Source of the DNA: Octopus vulgaris
Taxonomy: Eukaryota
Direction of reading: 5' to 3'
Length of the DNA stretch: 64,000 nt
Assembly: GCA_951406725.2 (NCBI GenBank)
Contig: OX597838.1
Span: 7,812,001 to 7,876,000, forward strand
Part shown: in pieces, positions 56,201 to 64,000 of the stretch
Layout of the letters: each line of letters starts with the position of its first letter
How positions within the stretch are numbered: the first letter of the stretch is position 1
Notes under the pieces: generated by a model
The model's database searches: none
Told to the model about the DNA's origin: nothing
The model's input: only the letters and a program-made list of their open reading frames with translations
Translations under genes and position numbers: made by a program

Positions 56201-56378
56201 CGATAGTGGATCCTGCAAACATAATAAATACACAGATAATTAAAGAAATAGAAATGAATAACTATATATATGTATATGTGTATGTATATGTGCATATGTG
56301 TGTGTATGTATATGTATATGTATGTGTATGTATATGTATATATATGTGTATGTGTATGTATATGTATATGTATGTATG

Positions 56379-56413
<35 letters not shown>

Positions 56414-56436
56414 GTATATGTATGTATATGTATGTG

Positions 56437-56467
<31 letters not shown>

Positions 56468-56780
56468 TTTTTCCAATTAGATTTATTATTATTATTACTA
56501 ATATTGTTGTTATACATACATACAAGCATATGTAATGATAATAATGGGTGGATGTAAACACATGAACAAAATTAGAACAAAAACAACAACAACAAAAACA
56601 AAATACAAATTACAAGAATGTAATAATATACAAATATTACAGGCATCCCCCTCACACACACACTAAATAAACATAGACGCACATAGAGATATAAGCATGC
56701 GCAAATGAAGACATACAATAGAAATACAAAATGGCTGACGGTTAGTAAGGAGAGACACAAGTAAGTGAGAAGAAAACAAA

Positions 56781-56825
56781 GGACCACTGATGCGGTCACA
56801 GGAGTGTGACGAAAGAACTTTGGCC
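56781..56825 (+). ncRNA. Minimal type-I hammerhead-ribozyme-like motif in pLTR
   Basis: GGACCA-CTGATGCG-GTCACAggagTGTGAC-GAAA-GaaC-TT-TGGCC; perfect 6-bp stem II; variant core. Confidence 0.7.
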
Positions 56826-57073
56826 GAAATAAGATTAAGATTAATGTAAAAAATAAATATCACTGAAGCAAAATAACACCAAATATATAGTGCGTGTGTT
56901 TTTATTGGCTAAACTGGCAATATGACCATTCCGAAATATAACAATATCTGTTTCAACACACGACTTCACATAAAAAATCTTGCACAACAAATATTTAAAC
57001 GTATATATATATATAAGCATTTTTATCGTTAAATAACAAAGGCTGCATACAAATACAGGAGGGTTTGTGTCTT

Positions 57074-57105
<32 letters not shown>

Positions 57106-57107
<2 letters not shown>

Positions 57108-57336
57108 ACCGTAACTGACCAGGCTATCAGATGTTGGTATACATCGCTGGTCACAATCGCCTTCAAATGACGCCACCTCGCTGGCTAAGCGTGCAGGCTA
57201 ACAGAAGAAAGAGTGAGAGAAAGTTGTGGCGAAAGAGTACAGCAGAGATCGCCACCACCTTACGCCGGAGAATCGTGGAGCTTTAGGTGTTTTCGCTCAA
57301 TAAACATTCACAACGCCCGATCTGGAATCGAAACCG
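57106..57336 (-). mobile_element. SINE family D, head-truncated
   Basis: GGAGCTTTAGGTGTTTTCGCTCAATAAACA.TCACAACGCCCG shared with 19025 and 26005. Confidence 0.85.
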
Positions 57337-57659
57337 TGTATGTGGGTGTGTGTGTGTTTGTGTATAATGGATCGAGAGATATCTATATACATATATAAAT
57401 TATATAATACTTACACATAATGTATATATTCGTATATAATTAAATATTTGGTTTTAATTGTGTGTGTGTATATATATATGTATATGTGCGTGTGTGTGAA
57501 TATATACAGATATATATGGATACACGCCATTTCTTTATGCATATGTATACATACTTACGTGTATGTGTATATATGTGTGTGTTTTTGCTTATACATATAT
57601 ATGTATTTATATATGTATACATGTGCGTGTGTGTATGCGTGTGTATGCCTGTCTGTGTG

Positions 57660-58007
57660 AATATATACACATATATACATGGACATACGCACATGTGTGT
57701 ATGTATATGCATACATAGATACTTATATGTATGTGCATATACATATGTGCATGTGTGTGTGTGTCTGTGTGCTTATACCTATATATGAATTTACTTATAT
57801 ATATATATATATATATATACATGCGCGTTTGTATATATATATATATATATATATATAAATGTATGTTTGGATATATAGATATATACATGGACACAGGCAC
57901 ATGTGTGTATGTATATGTATATGCATACATAGATACTTATATGTATGTGCATATACATATGTGCATGTGTGTGTGTCTGTGTGGTTATACCTATATATGA
58001 ATTTACT

Positions 58008-58044
<37 letters not shown>

Positions 58045-58049
58045 GCGCG

Positions 58050-58096
<47 letters not shown>

Positions 58097-58170
58097 GTAT
58101 GTTTGAATATATACAGATATATGCATGGACACACGCACATGTGTGTATGTATATGTTTTTGCATACATAC
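57660..58170. repeat. About 2.5 tandem copies of a 210-240-bp TA/TG-rich unit
   Basis: CATGGACA.A.GCACATGTGTGTATGTATATG at ~57678, ~57886 and ~58124. Confidence 0.85.
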
Positions 58171-58634
58171 GTTCTTAGGTTTATGTGTATGTGTAGGTGT
58201 GTGTGTGTGTTATATATATACATATAAACACGTGTGTTCCAGAATGCGTGTAGGATTGTGGTAGAGTGCGCGTGTGCAGACGTATATAAAACATGCATGG
58301 CATCGACCAAAGATAAGGCAAAACAATAAAAGGGGCGGAGAAGGTGAACTGAACAAAGGTGATGCACTCACTTAACCCTTAATATTTCGGATTACACATT
58401 TAACGGAATGCCATAAAGGAGAAGTCTTCGAATGACTCCAACCTTATCGAACACATCAAGGATGTTCAGTACAGAAACGACGATTGGCGAGATAAGAGGG
58501 GGAGCATTGAAAGAAATAAGAGTAGTAATCTAGATTGAAAACTATGTCGTGTCGTTGGGAAGAGGTGAGGGTGACGAACAATGTAATAAGAGGCGAAGAG
58601 GGAAGAGAACAAACACAGCAGCAACATTGAGGAA

Positions 58635-58678
<44 letters not shown>

Positions 58679-58748
58679 CGCTTATGTTTGAATGAGAATC
58701 GATATTCGGTTAAGTCACTCTCTCTCTCTCTCTATTTCTATGTATGTA

Positions 58749-58807
<59 letters not shown>

Positions 58808-58850
58808 CAGTCTCTCTCTTTATTCTCTCTCTGTTTATTTCCTCGTGTTG

Positions 58851-58885
58851 CTTCTGTTGAAGAGCGTAGGCTCGAAACGTAAAAG
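58851..58885 (+). ncRNA. Minimal hammerhead-like motif, family H1 (element ~58810-58978)
   Basis: CTT-CTGTTGAA-GAGCgtagGCTC-GAAA-CG-TA-AAAG. Confidence 0.65.
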
Positions 58886-59022
58886 ACTTTCTCACTTTCC
58901 CGAGCGTTAAACTAATACACTTGCCTGTTGTTCATGCACCTGTCTTTGTTTTTTTTGTTTTTCTATAAATTTGAACTATGTGTACCTTTGTCTTCCCTTC
59001 TCTGGATTTTTCCTTCTCCTAT

Positions 59023-59057
59023 GTTTCCGACGAAGAGCACCGCTCGAAACGTTAAAC
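59023..59057 (+). ncRNA. Minimal hammerhead-like motif, family H2 (element ~58984-59153)
   Basis: GTTT-CCGACGAA-GAGCaccGCTC-GAAA-CG-TT-AAAC; stems I and II pair perfectly. Confidence 0.7.
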
Positions 59058-59165
59058 CCTCCTTCTTTCCTTCTTTCCTGAGCGTCCAATAATACTATAT
59101 TTGTTCCGCGTCCTCGCGTTGTGTATTTTTGTGCTTTCTTGTTTGGATTAACTATATATATAAAT

Positions 59166-59236
<71 letters not shown>

Positions 59237-59857
59237 TATATACATACATATAGTACACACTTACATATATATGTAAGAATGGAATAATGAGGAAGAGTGT
59301 AAGTGGTTAATAAAAGATATGGAAGAGAATTGAAAGGATACATTGTTAGATATAGTGGTGGGAGAGAAAGAGAGAGGGAGAAGAAAGGGAGGGTGGAGAG
59401 ACAGACAGAGACAAACCACAACCTTTTTTCGTTAGATAAGATTTGTAGCAGAGTTAAAGGAATACATATGTATGCTTACCGAAATAGTTTGGTTATTGTA
59501 ACTGTTACTGACATTCTTCACATCCCCATTATTTAAACAAATAAGCGATATCAAAATTAACACAGATATGCATGTTATATAATAAAACAAATCATGGCTA
59601 ATTAAACTCGTTTAATGAGAATGAAATATTCATAAAAAACAACAGCCTCCACCACCAACACATCATAAAATATAGTAAAAGATACTATTTTTTAATTATT
59701 TTATTCTTAATTATTATAATTGGAATATTTTTATGAAATTATAGTTAAAATTATAGTCTTCAGTTTTTAAAAAGTGTTTTATAATTGTAATATTTCTAAT
59801 GATGTTTTTATTTGCTAATTGAATTTAATTTGGAAAACTATCGCGCGTATCCTAATA

Positions 59858-59926
<69 letters not shown>

Positions 59927-59945
59927 CATTGTCATCATCATCATC

Positions 59946-60165
59946 AAGGTGGCGAACTAGCAAAATCGTTAGCGCTCTGGACAAAATTCCTTGCGGTATT
60001 TCGCCTGATGCAACGTTCTGAGATCAAATTCCGCTGAGGTCAACTTTGATTTTCATTATTTCAGGGTCGATAAATTAATTACTAGGGACTAGGGAAGCAC
60101 TGGGACCGATGTAATTGACTAGTCTCTCCCCACAAATTTGAGGCCTTCTGCTTCTAGTAGAAAGA
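59946..60165 (+). mobile_element. SINE family A, diverged
   Basis: AAGGTGGCGAACTAGCAAAATCGTTAGC...CAAATTCCGCTGAGGTCAACTTTG. Confidence 0.8.
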
Positions 60166-60226
60166 GTGTAATCGACTCATGTGCTCCCCATAACTCTGCC
60201 CTTGTGGAAAAATTTGAAACCATGGC

Positions 60227-60701
<475 letters not shown>

Positions 60702-60994
60702 GTACGTGGTCTCCGGAACGCTTCTCGTAAACATTCTGCACAGTTCCATCGGGTTCAAAGTTATCTCTAACTCCAGTGATGGTAAGTCACATTGGTGGAT
60801 CTGTTTGAAACCCCCTCCTAAATTATCTTTGCACTTCAACTGTACTTTCACATTTCCAGTAGCATTTTAGAATGAATTTCCTTTGATCAAAGCTTAGTCT
60901 ATCTGCCATCACTAATTCCACTGGATTTAATCCGGAAAGAAAAAGCATCGAGTTATCAGCTGCTAAAATGTATAAAGATTTTTGAGGACACCTT

Positions 60995-60997
<3 letters not shown>
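60702..60997 (-). mobile_element. Tc1/mariner 5' remnant
   Basis: Begins TACAAGGTGTCCTCAAAA; encodes [33 protein letters not shown]...TI..VRDNFE.DGTVQNV...RSG (DUF4817-type HTH) with stops. Confidence 0.75.
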
Positions 60998-61082
<85 letters not shown>

Positions 61083-61109
61083 ATATATATATATATGTAT
61101 ATGTATGTA

Positions 61110-61426
61110 TGTATTGACAGAAATAGTAAGACAACAAAAGAATGAAAGAGACCTCGATATTATGTAAATAGAGGAATTTATCTGTAAGTGTAATATGCGA
61201 CAATTATTCGGTAGCCATCATAAAGATCCGAGTTTCGGATGTCGGGGTGGAAAATCCACGCCGCCACCTCTTCAGTTATCCGGCCATCGGGGAAAATGCT
61301 GTGAAAAAAAAAAGCATTTTTTCCGATGGCCGAATGACTGAAGTGATGGCCGTTGACTTCCACCCGACAGCCGAAACTCGGATTTTTATCATGGCTACTG
61401 AATAATTGTCACATATTACATTTTAC

Positions 61427-61431
<5 letters not shown>
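61110..61431. mobile_element. Fold-back insert in (TA)n with hammerhead-like motif in both arms
   Basis: Arms 61179-61300 / 61313-61431; left arm on the minus strand reads ATAA-CTGAAGA-(long stem II)-GAAACTCGGATC-TTTAT; tail 61110-61178. Confidence 0.75.
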
Positions 61432-61504
<73 letters not shown>

Positions 61505-61524
61505 TATATATATATATATATATA

Positions 61525-61977
61525 TTGGAAGGTTTGGAGATGATGTACAGGTATTATATATTAGAAGAAATGAGGTAATCAGAAGATCGGATGGTTTATA
61601 TTTACAGATATTTATTTATATATTACATTTTTTACATATATATCATATCACTTAGATCATTAGCGCTTTCTCCCATTCTAGTGGGGTTTTCAAATAAAAA
61701 TAAGTTCCTTTCTGGGGAATTTTAATCATTTTATAGAGTTTCGTAGTGGTGGAGAGGAATATAAGACAGTACAAGAGGGTGAGGTGGATGAGGAGAAAGT
61801 GAGAGAGAAAACATGTGTGTATGTGTGTCTGTGTGTTTGTATCTGAGGTGAGTGCTAAAGAGAAAGAGGGGAAGGGAGAGGGAAGAAGAAGGAAAAAAAT
61901 TTTGGTCTGCTGGACAGAATATTGACTCCAAGGGGTTTCTAAGAATTTCTGCTTTGACCACTTCACAGTGTCACTGA

Positions 61978-61980
<3 letters not shown>
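61525..61980 (-). mobile_element. Repeat family H3 with U3-A8 hammerhead-like motif
   Basis: Minus strand TTGAAAA-CCCCActagaaTGGGA-GAAA-GCGC-TA-ATGA at ~61657-61696; (TA)n on both sides. Confidence 0.75.
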
Positions 61981-62041
<61 letters not shown>

Positions 62042-62102
62042 TATATAAATACATATATATACACTTATATATATATACATATATATATACATATATATAC
62101 AC

Positions 62103-62146
<44 letters not shown>

Positions 62147-63056
62147 TTGGATAATAATACGAAGGTATCGAAACAATTGCCGTGATTAATATTAAATTCT
62201 CGTGTATTCCATATATAGAGAGAGAGGGAAAGAGACACACACATTACACACACATTCCTACATATTTGCATGAAAATATGTGGATGATCATGTAAGTGTT
62301 TGTTCGTGTGAGTGTTTCTCTCTAGACAATGTACGTTGCCTTGTATATTCTCGTATAGGCCTGCATGCACGGCAGTTCTTTATACGCGTGCGTGTACTTC
62401 CGTGTGTGAGATCGCTTATCCCTGGTAGGCATAAACCTATAATGGTTGAATTTAACGCGACAGAATTCTCATGATTAATCTCAGACTAACGATTCTTTTA
62501 ATTCGATCTCTTCTTATCCTACAGACACAGAATAACAAAAAGTAGAGTACACATCTTTGCCTATTTCATTCATTACAAACGATGCCATATCTCCTGCAGA
62601 GGGCTTCTTGCAGTATGCTAATATCGTTTAATTCAGGAAGCCATGACAATTCTTCTCACTTTATTCTCAGGTTGTTATCTTGTTTTCTTTATGATTTGAT
62701 AGCTTGCTTCATGTTTTCGTTTTTAACTTCCTAATTGTGACATTTTCTTTGGCTGTTCTTGTAATACGATATAACTCGTGGTTGTTTTTGAAGTGGCGGT
62801 TATTGCGGTTCTTCTGCCTGCTTATTATGGAAATGTTTGCCGTATGAGCTCTTCTTTTAATTTATTCTTATTCCATTTTATTGTATCATTTTTAGCATTG
62901 TTTGATATTAATGCTGGATTTCATCATTGTACCATTTCAGAAGATGGCATTATTCCATTATAAATAAACTCTTAAACAGTTTGAAAAGAAATTGTTTTCC
63001 AATGCCATTAGCAATTTAGATTAGATAATTTTTGATGAAAAGAATGAAAAAAATTC

Positions 63057-63119
<63 letters not shown>

Positions 63120-63799
63120 TAGAGGAAATTTTTACACATTTAACAAAATATTCTTCTTGAAACGTACCTTCAACCTTATCGCATGACATTCTACAAATCG
63201 AAGCAGATAGCATGTTATGATAGATTTGTTTCAAATATCGTCACATTTTAGCATTTTCAAATCATTATGCTTGGTTTACGATCTGTATAATATCAAGAAA
63301 ACAGAACAGAATCCATATTTTGTTATTTCAGTTTTGTATTACAATTATTATTTTAAGCGCTCAAATTTTTGAAAGGAATTCGAAGCTGTAACATGTTTTT
63401 AAATCAACAGCTACGTTGTCAATTTCTATTGTTTTGTTTTAATAGTTTTTTTAAGAATGAATTAATCACATGACAAACGTATTTTGCTGTGCATTAATGG
63501 CTGTTTGTAAAACGCGTCATCCGATTCACTGGGAGCTCTTAAGTATTTAAATATATGCCTGTCAATCTTTGTCAATAATTTTGTATATTACGTATGTTGT
63601 TCCGGAGGATAATGTAGAGGTCTTATATTGTAGGGAACTCTCTCTCTCTCTCTCACTTTCTCTCTCTCTCGCTCTCTCTCGCTCTCTCTCTTTCTCTCTC
63701 TCTCTCCGTGAAATATATGTTTCAAATCATATTTCACATAACAAATATAACATTGCTATTAAAATGACATTGTTATTATTGTAGTGATTAACAATAACG

Positions 63800-63814
63800 A
63801 TGATGATGATGATG

Positions 63815-63869
<55 letters not shown>

Positions 63870-63902
63870 GTAGTAGTAGTAGCAGCAGCAGCAGCAACAG
63901 CT

Positions 63903-64000
<98 letters not shown>
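63800..64000. repeat. Compound (GAT)n-(AAT)n-(CAG)n-(AGT)n microsatellite
   Basis: Direct inspection. Confidence 0.95.

Larger units (their letters stand above)
54903..57001 (+). mobile_element. Penelope-like retroelement (Naiad-type), 5'-truncated, with inverted pLTR
   Basis: GIY-YIG ORF; inverted repeats 54903-55291 / 56562-56943; unpaired 3' tail 56944-57001; (TA)n on both sides; hammerhead-like motif in the pLTR. Confidence 0.9.

Noticed and set aside
56195-56240. Selenocysteine read-through or SECIS after the PLE ORF (some Naiads encode Sec)
   Set aside because: The TGA is followed by TAG two codons later, there is no internal UGA in this fragment, and the SECIS-like helix pairs poorly
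58370-58540. Possible CR1/Jockey RT remnant on the minus strand (LD...FDKV...LLLYGI)
   Set aside because: Too short and frameshifted to call

Overview
Eukaryotic, AT-rich, microsatellite-saturated non-coding DNA (intronic or intergenic). The SINE repertoire and repeat density point to an octopus (coleoid cephalopod) genome; this is inferred from recognising the repeats. I found no credible host protein-coding exon, and almost every ORF in the track is a translation of (CA)n, (TA)n, (TTA)n, (GTA)n or (GATA)n. The real coding signal is all transposon-derived: a 5'-truncated Penelope-like (Naiad-type) RT-thumb/GIY-YIG element with an inverted pLTR (54903-57001), two near-identical Tx1/L1-like LINE 3' fragments in one (GATA)n array, R4/Dong fragments at (TAA)n, Tc1/mariner remnants, a Helentron/DINE-like element and many tRNA-derived SINEs. 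The most interesting signal is a set of at least six sequence-unrelated families of short (170-500 bp) non-coding inserts in (TA)n/(TG)n. Most carry minimal type-I hammerhead-ribozyme-like motifs with non-canonical cores. Several share one geometry with the GIY-YIG element: unpaired tail, then an inverted fold-back. This suggests a ribozyme-bearing non-autonomous Penelope/retrozyme system. Ribozyme calls were made by eye and need covariance-model and cleavage tests.
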